Made by a program: the position numbers and the translations under genes
NCBI GenBank assembly: GCA_907165135.1
Contig: OU015567.1
Span: forward strand, 8,060,001-8,124,000
Direction of reading: 5' to 3'
Origin: Oikopleura dioica
Lineage: Eukaryota; Animalia; Chordata
DNA length: 64,000 nt
Notes under the pieces: generated by a model
What the model was told of the DNA's origin: nothing
What the model saw: only the letters and a program-made list of their open reading frames with translations
Databases searched by the model: none
Shown: positions 12,218 to 24,942 of the stretch, piece by piece
How the letters are laid out: every line of letters begins with the position of its first letter
Numbering within the stretch: position 1 is the first letter of the stretch

Positions 12218-12942
12218 TTCGATCGGTTCTCACGGACTTTTTCTTAATTATGATCATTTAATTTTGAAACAATTGCATATTTTTTGAAGAGTCCTAAGCC
12301 GAATTGTTTATTTAATTCACCAAATTTAAAAAAACTGATGATATAAATGAAGTTGAAACTGAAATAGAAAAACTGAAATTAAGAATAGTTCAATTGGAAC
12401 AGGAAAATAGAGAAATAGAAGGTCAATTTTGATTTTCGAATGAAATAATTTTAAATCAAAATTTAAAAGAAAAAAGGACACGAACTTGGAAGAACATTAA
12501 ATTTGTAATTAATAAGCCTTGAAAATAAATATAAGGACGGAGAATAGTATCATCATATTCCTGTGAAATAGAGAATAATTCTTTTTTATGGTACTGAGTG
12601 GTTCTGTTAACAAATATAGCCTGCTCAGTGAAAGTTGTATTTTTGCGAAAGAAAATATTGAATCTTTTTGGCCTCCTTCGCAGGGCCATTCTTTTTTTAT
12701 CTTTTTTTTGTAAGGGTTTTAATGGATTTTTTTGTTAGGATCCTCGGGACTGAAACAAATATGCCCGATTATAGCAGGATCCTGTTTTTTTCTGTGTTTA
12801 GACGGTTTTTGTTGGTTTTTCGTAGAAGGATACTGAGCTAAATATCACTTGGTTAGTATCCAAAGGAGTTCTGATTGTTGAAAACAGGAGCGGGTTTGGC
12901 GTTGGTTTGAGTTCCATTGAGATGCCTAAAATTACGGTAAGC

Positions 12943-15247
12943 CTATTGAAGATATCGCGAAATGATAAGCGCTGGGCGCGTTTCCGGAAAGCATAAAAGC
13001 TCAACTGACCCTATCAAATGCTTCTGAGAGGCGGAACGCTCGAGTGCCTTGGCGAGAGCAGGATAAACACCGAGCAGCGGCGGGAGCACTCCCTTGACGG
13101 CAACTGCCGCGATCTCCCGCGTCAATGTCTTCACCAGATCGAGCCAGGCTTGGCGCCAGTCGGCCGGAAATTCCTCAAATTAAGCTCGATTCCAATTCAA
13201 ATGGTCGCTTTTACCTGGATGGACATTTGACTGAGAAGGATTTGGCCGCGATCGAGTAATTTGCAGATCATGGACGCGCCAAAAGAGTGGCACGCAATTG
13301 GCTTCAGGTTGTTGTGTCGCTTTCTGCTCGCCATTTCAATAATCTAAAAAATTTTTTTAAAAACTATCTAAAATTACTAAAAAACAAACCTTTTCTAAGT
13401 CAAGAGTATTGATAGTATTGGCCAAGACATCGTAGAGCTCATGCAAAACATCATCATCAGCATCGCGCTTGATCAACAACGCCAAGTTGTTGAAGAAGCA
13501 GACAAGAATCTCAGCGGCATCTTCTTGGTTCAAATAAGGCAACGTTCTCTGGACAAGGCGTTTTCCTTTGCGAATGCTCAAAAGAGAGACGAGGCGCACT
13601 TTCTCGCTGGGTTTGATGAACGAAACAAGTTCTTGAGTTTTCTTTGCTTCTTGGCCAAAGTTTCTGAGCTCGTCCTAAAAATCGAGAAATAGAAACAAGA
13701 CAAAGAATGCGTAAAAATACCTGGACCATGAGCTCAAGGTCCATAAGGACCATGAAAGCAGCTTCGATTTCCTTCAAAAGTTTCAATTTATTCGTTTGCT
13801 TCGGTGGCTCAATTGCATTTTGTCCTTCACCGCCTTCTTCCGAGACTGATTCCTCTGCCGATTTCACCATGATTTGAATCATTTTTCGCGGGTTATGAAC
13901 TAACAATAGAAATGACCTCTCATGCATTTTTAATTCGCCAATTACCGGAGCTAGAGACCGGTTTTCCAAGAGAGCCTTCTGACCAAGGCTTGCGCTCTTT
14001 CTTTTCTTTTTCCTTTCCGTCCTCGTCACCTTCTTTCTTTGACTCTTTTTCCGAATCGTTGCGTTTTCGATTCCTGTTGTTTTCTTTCGGAGCAGGAGTT
14101 ACGAGCTCGCGTTGGTTCTTTGCATTGCCTTTTTGCATCAGTCTCTTCATGTAATTTACGTAGTAATAGTCCTTCAAAATGAGTTAAGGTAAGAAAAGTG
14201 AAATTGAAAACCTCGATCTCCGGATTCTTGATTTCAAGAGCTCTCAGCTGCATAGAAGTGATCCATTCTCGCTCTCGACGACTCATCAGATTCGCTAAAG
14301 AATGCTTTAGATAGAATTTGTCTGTTATCTCTTACCATAAGGGTCTCGTCGGCGTTGTTGATTATGACGGTTGTTACGATTGTCGTTCCTATTTTTATTG
14401 CGCTCCAGTGCTCGCCGATGCTCAGGATGGAGTTGGCCGATGGTACCTTTTTTTAAGTTTTAATTTGATAGCTTTTTTTTGGAGAAATTTTCTTTCTAAA
14501 AATCGAAAATTGGAAACTTACCTTGTGGTGGTTGCCGAATTTCCTGTGCTACAACCTGCGCAGCTTCGAATTCTCGTGAATCTTTCCCAACCATCGTCCC
14601 TCGTCGAGAAAGCGCATCAAGCCCTTCTGCAAAATGCTGTCTTTCCAATTCTTCGACGTTGAGCCCTCTTTGCATCGGAGCTCCTGGAGGGCCAATATTT
14701 CCCGGTCCAGCCTGTTGAACAAGATTTCCAACAATCGAGTCGGCGGTCCCAATGTTTCCGGGCATTGGTGGTGCTACTGGCTCCTGTCTCGGCGCGAATC
14801 CTGGTGGAGGGCCAAAGCCAGGTGGAGGGGCGATTCCACCGGGGGCAGCGTTGTGCTGTGGAGGAGGAGCTTGGTTCCAGATTTTCTCCATGTTTTGGAG
14901 AGGGTTCGAAGGAGGCTGCTGCGGCTGACCCCAAATCTTCTCCATATTCTGCAGCTGTGCACTTCTATCAGGCATTGACACAAGCGGCTTCTCTTGAAGA
15001 CTCATGATCGCCGGATCATCGGGAAAACCTCCAGCACCACCGTTCGAAACCGTCATACTCTCCAGCTTCGAAACTAAATGCCGAGAGCCGCCAACTTCGC
15101 CCAGTTTCGGCCAGGCGCCCGCATCAGGTCCAAATGTTTCATCGTTTTTCGCATTACTCGAGCGACTAGCCTCGTCTTCATCCCAAGCGCCAGTGTCGTT
15201 GTTGGGAATCGACGTGTCAAATCCGAAAAAGCCAGCAGTTTCAGCCA
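12943..15247 (-). CDS. PATL1: PAT1-like mRNA decapping / P-body factor
   Basis: NDETFG N-terminal motif, Pro/Gln-rich region, MSRREREWITSMQL...DYYYVNY, LGKPVSSS-VHNPRKMI and KGKRLVQRTLPYL all match Pat1 family blocks. Confidence 0.85.
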
Positions 15248-15793
15248 TTTCAAATTTATCAGCACATTCTAAGCGATTCGATTCCTTTACTTTCAAGCAC
15301 TCGTTAAGCGCATTCAGTGGCTCAAGTTGAGCCCTCAACTCTATGTGCAAAATCTGAGTCAGGGTCATGAAAGAGCCTCAATAAAAAGCCGAACAGCGGT
15401 CTTCTCAAAAACCAAGCCGCGAAGGGCCTTCGCCATAAATATTAATAAGGATTGAAAAAACGGAGTTGACACAGGCTGAGTTAGGGAACCTGTGTAGAGA
15501 GCCTGAGTCAGGATTGGAAAAAGCTTTCGTAGGTCTTTTACAAAGACGAGGCCTATTCATCAAATTTGTTAGTTCGTTCCATTAACCCGACGCAAAATTT
15601 TTACACAGATAGCCGAGAACAGTACACAGGTCTCGGAAAAAAACAGAATAAATTTCTAATAGAAATCAACCTGCAAAATGACTCCTGCTTGCACTAGAGA
15701 GGTAGAAATGACAATAATTATGGAAAAATACCCGTCACAATTCTTATTTTATTGAAAAGGACAGAAAACGAAAAATCAAGATCCAGAAGCGAT

Positions 15794-17085
15794 TTACATG
15801 GTGCTTGGTCGTTTGGTGGCAAATCGAGGAGCGTTCTGCGCCTTTCGGGACATGATTCTTCGTGGAAGAGGGAATCGGATCTTCGAGTCCAAGAGCTGGG
15901 TGATGTGTGGTCGCTTGGCTCCCTGCTTCTCGCCGGCAGCGTTGGTGACGGGGAGTCGCTCTACCTGAAGAGGAAATTGTTACTTTCCAGTGTCAGAAAT
16001 CATGGTCAGACGATCTTGATGTGAACTTGCTGCTAGGGAGTGAAATGGTAGACAGGAAGTTGTCTGTGGACTATGTTCATGCCCGGGTATGAGACATTCC
16101 TTTTTTGAAAAAGCAGATGAAAAGTTAAAACTTTCCGTCCATACTGTCTGACAGTCTGACTTCTTTCCAATACAGAATTTAATATAAGACTTGTCTATTT
16201 TCATTCAGTTTTGAAAGTCTATGAAACATTCAAAATGAATATCTTTAATTTACTATTGTCCGTTGAAAGTTTCCTAATTTTGAACAAATTTGGATGTTGG
16301 AAGAACGCTCGAGTCAAAATAGTCGAAAGAATCAAAAACTGTTTTTATGGGGAAGAGGGGGGGGTAGAAGTGCGTGGAAAACTTACTCGAAGGATCTGGA
16401 TAGAGCCAGGTCGAGCTCGATGGCGGGCACCCATGTCTCGGTAGCACTGGGTGACGGCACCAGCGGTCTGGGTGTCTCGGTACTCTCGGTACATGTTGTG
16501 GGTACCAGATCGGGAGTCGTATCGGACCCAGATACCGAAGTTCTTGACGAGACCGGGGGTCTTCTCAGCGACCTTCTTGACTGAATTTTTAGTTGATCAA
16601 AAGAAAGATAAGAATTTCCGGAATAGAAAAGAACCAGTGGCTATTATTTCTTACCGGAGATGATTTCACCAGCGGTCTTGTTGACCTTCTTGTAGTAGGA
16701 CACAAAGTACCAGAATCGAGATTTGGCAGCAATTGGGTCTGGGGCGAAGAGTCGGACTCGGTAGACCGATGGGTGGGGCTGAGAGTCAGAAGGCAACTGA
16801 AAAAGTTAATATCAGAAAAGTTTGAGAAAAGGGTTGCCAGAGCTTTAAAAAACATAACTGTCTATGTCCGGGAAGCTCCTGTCATAACGAATCTTACAGA
16901 TAACTATTCTGGAGATAAGCGACTTCAAATGATTGTAAAAGGGAGCATCAAGGCTTAACTTATTGAAAGGTTCTGACATTTAACTTTCTTGATACAATAT
17001 AATATTTATGCAGTAATTATTAACTTGTAATGATTACCTTTCGGCCGGTGACGATGAACTCGCGAAGATCGCCCTTTGCCTTCAT
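15794..17085 (-). CDS. RPL18A: 60S ribosomal protein L18a (eL20), 4 exons
   Basis: [16 protein letters not shown] | ...[30 protein letters not shown] | ...[25 protein letters not shown]...[18 protein letters not shown] | ...[13 protein letters not shown]. All introns GT-AG. Confidence 0.97.
15975..16099 (-). ncRNA. Candidate box H/ACA snoRNA in the last RPL18A intron
   Basis: Minus strand: 5' hairpin GGA-AUGU-C-UCAU...AUGA-ACAU-AG-UCC, then H box AGACAA, then 3' hairpin closed by CUUCC-UGUC/GACA-CU-GGAAAG, then ACA plus 3 nt. It ends only about 8 nt from the acceptor, which is a caveat. Confidence 0.4.
16856..16957 (-). ncRNA. Candidate box H/ACA snoRNA in RPL18A intron 1
   Basis: Minus strand: hairpin UAAGC...GCUUA, H box AGAAUA (16905-16910), imperfect second hairpin, ACA plus GUU (16856-16861). 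The intron (about 240 nt) is long for this genome. Confidence 0.3.
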
Positions 17086-17099
17086 TTTTGATTTTTAAA

Positions 17100-17460
17100 A
17101 TCCGGTCTCGGTCTAAAACGCAAAAGTTATTACTCTTTTTCTCCAAGAAGATTCCCAAAAAACAGCTCTAGACGCAATTTTCCAGCAGTAAAAGGTCTTC
17201 TGATGAATCTCTAGAATTCTCTATTGACTGGAAAGACTGTCCGACAATTCAGCAGGTGAAATTTCAACGCTGAAGGGCTTCCAGAAGAAATTCTAAAAGA
17301 GTTTTCAGTGGAGGCGTATCGTCACACGAAGCGCGCTCGGCCAATCGGATCAATCGAATCGCCCACGCGCGCAGTAAAACGCGCTGAGAATAAATTCGGA
17401 CGCGTCCGATCCGATTCTCCTGCAGCTCTAGATCTATTGAAAAAAGACGCAGAATGCGTT
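17100..17460. promoter_or_regulatory. Putative bidirectional promoter between RPL18A (-) and CFAP100 (+)
   Basis: Divergent gene pair with a locally CG-rich patch containing CGCG motifs and CCAAT (gcgcgctcggccaatcgg, about 17332-17350). Similar patches occur near 31540-31600 and 55450-55490, also between divergent genes. Confidence 0.45.
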
Positions 17461-17929
17461 CGCCAGTGAAAAAGGTTTTAATTGAAAGCTATGGAATCGT
17501 GAATTTCTGAGCAAATTTTTCTCATTGTCACAAGTCCTTTTGGGACGCGGATTAGTTTGGAAAATCTTCAATTTAACCAGAATCATAAAAAAGATCAGAA
17601 TAAAGTAATTTGATTTGACGTCTTTTTGGCGGAAATCAGGAATTTTGAATCTGTTTGAAATTTGTTTGCTGCCAGTGGATTTCCACATTTCCACCAGGAA
17701 TTCTGTTCCCGGACCCGGTTCTTAGGGCTGCACTGGGGGATCTACGGAAATCGTCAGATTCAAAATTCCATGATTCGCAATGATTGTACGGTACCGGCTC
17801 ACAGTCATCAAAATGCGAATCCTCCTTTTGATTACGAAAGGCTCGATAAGATTGAGAATTAATTCGAAACGTCATTGTAGTTTGAATTTTCCGAGGGTAG
17901 AATTGAATAATCATAATCCCACTAGATCC

Positions 17930-20900
17930 CCAATTCTCTTTCAGGCGGATGACGATCATAAACCCAGCCTGGTTCCAATCCCCTCTGGAAAATCGCGAAA
18001 TCGAAGTCTCCCTGTAGATGATAGTACGAACGAGAAGAATCCGTTCGTCATTCCGCCAGATGCGGACATGTTCAAAATGCAGGATGATGAAGTGAAACGA
18101 CAGGCGCAATTCAGACGAGAACAGCGAAATCTAAAAGGTACTGCAGTCTGACTCAAATCCGAAGAATGATTGATAATTTTCAATTCTAGTGCACGAAAAG
18201 CACACGAATGCAACACGAACGTCCGAGCTAACGTCACGAATGAGAAAAATTGTTCTGGCAGAAGAACCCGACGATGACGAAACGGATCTTTTGGCGGAAG
18301 ATCGTGGGATAATATGAAACCACATCCGGTCAACAAGGCAGGAGTTCCACAGCTCGTGAACTTGGACTGACTTGGCTTAGTGTTGAATAATCCTGCAGCT
18401 TGTTTCCGAATCATCACAGCTCACATGAGCCTCATTGCTTTTCCCAGACAGGGTTCATCAAATGAACTTTCGATGATGACGATAGAAAATTCCGATCAAG
18501 TCAATTTTCACAAAATTTAATCTGCACACTTGCCGGAGCATTGGTTGTATAATTCTCGGCGTTGGTAGACAGCCTTTCGAGATCGACTAAGATTCTAATG
18601 ATCTAGATCCGCATCTGCGTCATTTTCAAAAATTGAAAATCGCAAATATATGAAGGATTGGCTGCAAAAGTAAATCCGTCAATATTTAGCCTTTCTGAAT
18701 GAGATCAGATAAAATGCTATTTTCGGGAGCATCCGGGCTCGGAAAACTGTAGAAAACCTGAGTCAGGGTCGTCATTGTTAAAAAAGCGGCTATGTATTAA
18801 AAAGATCCTTTAGACTCTGACTCAGGTTTTCTTCGCAGGTTGCTGAGCCCAGGAGAGCACCGTTTATCCCATCTATTGATAACCAGTTGCAACTCGAAAC
18901 GAATGTTTCGGAACTCAAAAAAAGGAAGGAATAACCGAGTACATCGCCAGAAAACGCGAAATGTTCCACGTCAAATATGCGATTTCCGTGAAACGTGAAG
19001 AAATGCGCCAGCTGGAAAATCTCGCCCGGGAGGAAGAAAAGAAACTGGTTATTGCTGAAAAATGTCTGGAAGAAGACGCGGTACAGACAGCTTTTTCCTG
19101 CAACAATTATTATTTCCTTTTAGATAACTTTCGACAAGTTTTTGAAAGAAAATGACGCCAACTCGGTTGAATCGATCAAAAGAGTCGAAGAAGAAACGAG
19201 AAGAAAACTGGAAAAAGTAGCTGCTGTCAAAAAGCTTCACAACACTATCCGAGGCATCGAAACGGAAATTTCGAAGTCCGAAGAAAGGCTCAAAATGTAC
19301 AAGGTAAACTAAATTTAGCATGGAAACATGCTGCCTTGAAGTGCCTTCAAAAACGGTCTCAATTTGTGGCTCCCTAAGTCAGTGGCTAGCAGACCTGACA
19401 CCTCTCTCTCTCTTCTAACCCTTTTGAGAATTTCTTATCTTACCTTACGCAAGCTTATGATGACATTTGAGAGTTCCAACAGTCTGAGTCGTTTTCAGCG
19501 TTATTTAATTTCAGTGGAAATAAAAAATTAAATTATTCTAAGCGATTGAGCACCCTATGAGGGAGTGTTGAACTTCCAGTGTTATGCTTTGATTACGGCT
19601 TTGGTGAGTAAGGTCTTCTGATGAGCCTCGATTCCGCCGAATATTAGCATTTGTTTGGATGGGCGATTTCAAGCTCACCTTATCTGAAAGAACGTAATCG
19701 AGCATAACACTTGAGGTTCACCACGCCCTAATGTAGAACCATTCTTTCCACTGAAGATTAACATTTTTCAAATTAAGAAATATCGCTCATTTGTCGATAC
19801 ATTGACGCCAGAAGAACACCGAAAGCCTAAAAAGGAAAAGAAGCCATCTCGTAAACAATCTGCCGTCTCATCGGCTGGCGATTCAAGTTCAAATTTGCGA
19901 GCAGCATCCAGCAAGCGAAAGAGCTCAGCACGAGCTTCTGTCATGAGCCAAGGGCGAAGAGCGAGTGCAAGGCCTTCCAAAATATCAGCTAATCAGAATC
20001 GTGATCCAGCGAGTTCTATTTCATTCACGCCTTCTACTGATCGTCAAACGGATGAGAGGAAGACTCCCGACCTCGTCGATTCTAGCTCCGATGAGGAAGA
20101 AGCCTATCTTTATTTCAGCAGTAAGTTTCCACTTCGTAGAAAATTGCATGCTCAAGAATTCAGATCAAATTATTCTACTTTTTTCAGACCCGGAGGATTT
20201 ACTGACTCTGTTCCACGATCTGGAGGATCAAAATCTGTCAATGATTCAAAACGGACAAGACATGGAGGAAGCACTGGACGATATGAAAGCGCATGCAAAA
20301 GTAACAGAAGAAAGGCTCAATAAAGAAGTCAACTTTCTCACCGATCAGGAACGGTTCTTCTTTTTTTTCTTAGAAAATTGGAGATTTTTAAAATTTGAAC
20401 CACGAAAAGATCGAAATGCTGGAAGCAAACGTAAAACGAGAAACAGAAAAAGTCGAAGACTTGAAGGTAAAACGCCGGTTTTCTAGAACTTTTATTTGAA
20501 AATCAATGTTTTCAGTTGAAATGCGAGTTTTTCTCTTTCGGCAATTATGACGAAGCAGATCAGGATAAGATGGTAAAGCAGTATGATGATGCGATCAAAA
20601 AGGTCTATGGAAATATCGTCGGGAACGAAGATGCGCAAATTCCAACGCTTCATATGGTCGTAAGTTTCAGTTTTTAGGCGACCTTTTCGTTCTCTTCTAT
20701 GTCTTCATGATTCAGATCATCAGTCGCTTTTCAGGTTTCTATCGAAAACACCTTGTCTCAATTGTTGGATGAAATGGAGAACCTTCCTTCCGAAACCGTA
20801 GCTCAGTACGAAAAAAGCTTCGAAAAAGATCGACGCGCACGAGCCCGAGAGGAAAAGGCAAGAGAACAAGAAGAAGCCCAAAAAAGAGCGTGTCAAACGC

Positions 20901-21167
20901 GCTCTGGAACGAGCCCAGGCTGCCCCGAGGAATAATATAGGACGAAAGCCTGTCAGACGATCCGAACCTCCTAGGACTAAAACTAAGGGAGGTGTTGAAA
21001 ACTTACATGTGTGGCAAAGAAGCGGCCAACGGAAGCGCTCTTTTTGGTGCTAGACAAGTCGGGTCTTTGACAGAAAAGATTCTTTTCAACACCGTAAAAA
21101 GACAAAAGCGGTCAACGACGAAAACAGCAAAGAACAACAAGAATATCGATACTTTTTCGAATACTAG
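17930..21167 (+). CDS. CFAP100: Cilia- and flagella-associated protein 100 (CCDC37/MIA1 family); 5' end uncertain
   Basis: KNPFVIPPDADMFKMQDDE, ITEYIARKREMFHVKYAISVKREEMRQLE...EKCLEEDAVQ, AYLYF..PEDLLTLFHDLEDQNLSMIQNGQDMEEAL, RVKRALERAQA...GRKPVRRSEPP, C-terminal EYRYFFEY*. One extra A in the run at 20880-20885 shifts the frame. Confidence 0.85.
18751..18832. repeat. Short inverted repeat (mini-MITE or hairpin) in a CFAP100 intron
   Basis: AGAAAACCTGAGTCAG-G-GTC ... GAC-T-CTGACTCAGGTTTTCT: 16-bp perfect arms. Confidence 0.6.
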
Positions 21168-21322
21168 AAATGCTTTTCCATTCCTCTATCTCTTATTTTA
21201 CGATTTTCTTGTAACATAACCTGTAATTTTGTAACGCGCATATAATTTTATTTTTATACTTCACCACCTTAAACATATTTATTTTTGATAGATGCTTAGA
21301 TGGCTGTATTTCTATGTTTAGA

Positions 21323-24300
21323 ATGGCGGACGAAGAGGTTCCTGATGGAGTGTTGCCGATTTTGATCACTGGACCAACTCAAGTAAGTCGAAAACCAAAT
21401 AGAAGGGATATTCATAGTAGCTGGATCGTCTCAAGAATTTCCCGTCTAGCTGACATTTCTCGCTTGGGCGAAGGCTGCTCAAATATAAACAACTCGATTT
21501 CCGTTATATCATATAACTTATATGTGAGGCTTAACTTCTGCGATTTCAGCGTCTGAGCGTCTGAACTTTAGATTAGAGAAAAAAATGATGGCCTTTAGTT
21601 TTCTCTGAGAATATCACGTCTCTCCGCCATTTGTCGCTTGGCCAGATACATATATTGCCTAATCTAGGTATTTCCTCTCCGTTTTGCTATCTTCGCACAT
21701 TCGCCGTCTGACATTTAGAAGTGACGATTTTTCTTATAGATGTAGGACCTTTTCAGTTTCCTCTAAAAACCTCTAAAATGTGTTAAAAGACAATCATCGA
21801 ATGCGTCATCGACGAGCACGTAACCGAAGAAAACCCGCATAAGCTCATTCCAAAAGATGTATTCCTCAAAGATATCCAAACCCGTGCCGCTGTGTCCGAT
21901 TTTCAGCCATTCAAGAAGAGCTTCATCGATTCGGACTGCGAAGAAATCCTAGTTGTGATGGATGCTGAGTTTCTATACGGGCAGAACTTTTACCTGTGTA
22001 TGACGGAAAAGGCGAAGAATACCGTTTTGTATCCTGGTATGGAACTTGGGGAGGATGGAGCTCCCGTTGGCGATATAGGGCAAGCTGGACCAGGTGCTGC
22101 GGCCGAGGAATCCAACGAAGTTTTCGTGTATCGACCTCCTTCACCAAGACCGTGGATTTCCATGGGCTCAGAAAAGGAGATCGAAGAAATTCGGGTTAAA
22201 AATGAACGACCATTGATTAATCTCCGCTGTTCAAGAAAAAGAAAACATTTCGGCAAGAAATTTAACTTCAGGTAACTCAAGAAAGATGAAGTTTTCGTAT
22301 TTTTATACAAATTTTAGCACATCAAATGGCGAAATTCTAAATGTAGCGGCAGAAGAATCGCGGCCGAATCAAACACATCGAATGCTGCACGACATGGCAA
22401 TCCAATCAGTTAAAACGAAGACAGAAGGCGAAACGCAAACTTTCTGCCCGGAAATGCGCAACCAGTGGAGTCAGTACGAAGCTCGGACCGAGTCAGTCGT
22501 GTCCAATGAGGAGCTGGAAAAGAAATTTGCAAATGTGATTCCGCTGGTGAACCTGGCGCTTCAGCAAAATGAGCTGGTCAATGTGTTTGATGGTAATTAT
22601 TTGTTGATTTTGACTAAGCATAATTTTCATGTCTGAAGGCCCTTGGTCAAGGGCATTTGGGTATAATTTAGTCTCTCAGATCATTAAAATACTCAAGTAA
22701 TCTGAAAGGATGTCTGTCAGAATTGACCATGAATACCTTTCAGTAAATATCGTCAGTAGATGAGCACTGGATTGTCCGAGAGCATAGAAAACTTTATCTT
22801 ATTTACATCACACCCGTCATACTAATTTCAACATTTGTTAAACACCAAATAAGGCGAATTGTTAATATCCTCTTTCAGATCCATGGGCGGAATTGGGCGA
22901 CGAAGATGATGGCTTTGGTTCCAAGTCAGACGGGCACTTGCGCGAATACCAGAGTTTCACCGATCTCATGTACTCAAAGGACAAGCGTTTGACAGCTGTC
23001 GAATGGCATCCCCACATCAAGAGTATTATCGCCGTTTCCTGCGCGCAGAGATATTCGCTATACGAGCGGATTGAGAAGGCGCCGAAGCTTTTGCTCAGTC
23101 GCAAGCTTATTCTTATTTGGAGCTTCCAGGATCCAATTCACCCTTGTATCCTATTGGAGGCGCCCGCTGATGTCTATTGTTTCAAGGTACATCTTTAAAT
23201 TCCTTCAATTTCTTACAAAAATTTAAGTTCAACCCGACAAACCCAAATCTAATTGCTGCAGGATGCATAAATGGCCAAATCGTCATCTGGGACATCGCCG
23301 AGCACAAGGAAAGACTCGTCCAAGAAAAAGCCCAGTCGAAGAAAAAAACATCTCTATTTGGCGAAAAAGTCGGCCCAGAGACTCCAATTATTATGTGGAA
23401 GGCAGTTTCCTCGATTGAAAATGGACACAAAGGAGCTGTCACGCAGATAAATGTGAATATATTTTCCTATGCCTACAGATGTTGAACTTTATATTCAGTG
23501 GGTTCCAGCTGGCCTTCAAGCGACCAAAAATGGCGTCTGGGAAAAAGTCGCCGACAAAGAGCCGGTTCAGATATTTACGACCTCCTCAGATGGCTCATAC
23601 GCAATCTGGGACTTGAGACCTCCACCGGTGAAAAAATCCATGACGCAGTTGAAGAAAAAGAAGCCAGGTGCAGAAGATCCTCTTGAGATCGATCCTTGGG
23701 CACATCTTAATCTTGTCTGGAAACCACTCCTGAAAGCAACTCTTAGCAAGGGCGAAAATGGGTGCCATCGTCCTTCCAGGTGAAAAAATTTCCAGCTTCT
23801 CTCTCTTAATCCGTTCCCTTTAGAATATGCTTCGACTTTTCCGGAGAAGATGGTTTCCCCAAGCCTGAAATCTTTATCGGGACGCAAGATGGTGACGTTC
23901 TGTGGACGAAAATAAAGTTGGTAAAAGACGGCGACTCCGGAAAAATGGGTGCTCCTCCTCCTCTCCTTCTCAATCCGACTCATTCATCGTCAATTACATG
24001 CGTCAGACGAAGCCCGTTTTTCAAGGATGTTCTATTGACAGTCGGCGGCTGCAACTTTTCCATCTGGAAAGAGTCTGATGATGCCACTATTGCAAAGATA
24101 CCGCTACTTTCTGTTCATGTAATTCGTCTTATCTTTGATTCGGAAATCAACAACAATTTCAGTCCAACGATAAAAAATATACAGCAGGCGAATGGTCTCC
24201 CACACGTCCAGGTCTCATCCTTATGGCCACCGACGAAGGAAACATCGAGGTTTGGGATTTGCTGGAAAAGACTCACGAGCCAAGTGTCGTCCAAAACGTA

Positions 24301-24687
24301 ACCACTGCGGCTATCACAGACGTTACCGCTTCGATCATCAACGCGAAGCTACACTTACTCGCAGTGAGTGACTCTTGCGGAACTCTGCACATTTTGGAGC
24401 TGCCCTGGAACTTGCGACACCCGACGCAAAACGAGAAGTCATCAGTACATGGGTAAGTCTTGCTTGTCATGATCTTTTATAAATATCGTTTCCCCAGATA
24501 TATAAATCGCGAAGAACAAAGAATACTCTACTTTGACGAAACCGAAAATCACGAAGAAGAGTCGGAAAATCTAACCCTAGCTGCCGATGCAGACATGCTC
24601 GAAAACATCCAGGACGACGAGCTCGAGGGCGAATTCAAGGACTATCTCAAACTCGAGAAAGAAATCCTCGAAACGCTAACTGTTTAA
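21323..24687 (+). CDS. DNAI3: Dynein axonemal intermediate chain 3 (WDR63, IC140 orthologue)
   Basis: IIECVIDEHVTEENPHKLIPK...RAAVSDFQPFKK...GQNFYL, LREYQSFTDLMYSKDKRLTAVEWHP, LILIWSFQDPIHPCILLEAP, FNPTNPNLIAAGCINGQIVIWDI, and further WD40 repeats. Confidence 0.93.
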
Positions 24688-24942
24688 AAATCGTTATGCA
24701 TAAATACCCTGTACAGTTTTTATTTTATATAATATTTCAGAAAATATATTTTTATACAAACTACCATTTTTCAAAACGGCGTTTTTTGCTGCTCGCAGCG
24801 TTGATGGAAGTGCGTTGAAAGTATCCAGGGTAGTGATGTTGCGGGCTCGAGATCTGAAGTTTTTAGTAGAACAGTCAGACTGGAAAAGTGAAGCTACCAG
24901 ATTCGTCCACATCTTGCTCCCAGTCACCGCCAGAAAAGCTTT

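Noticed and set aside
12330-12690. Coiled-coil-like short frame (EIEKLKLRIVQLEQENRE) and ORF 12456-12689 in AT-rich intergenic DNA
   Set aside because: No start or splice context linking them to a gene and no recognisable family; could be a decayed fragment or chance.
14549-16958. Long antisense and alternate-frame ORFs over PATL1 and RPL18A (e.g. 14634-14978, 16294-16584, 16593-16958)
   Set aside because: They are shadows of GC-rich or codon-biased coding exons; no independent motifs.
19455-19625. C/D snoRNA candidate in a CFAP100 intron (ATGATGA ... CTGA)
   Set aside because: The nearest CTGA gives only about 30 nt, the distal one has no terminal stem, and no guide was recognised.
6051-20890. 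Programmed ribosomal frameshifting in MYO18 or CFAP100
   Set aside because: Both sites are plain homopolymers with no downstream stimulatory structure seen, in genes not known for recoding. Sequencing error is more parsimonious.
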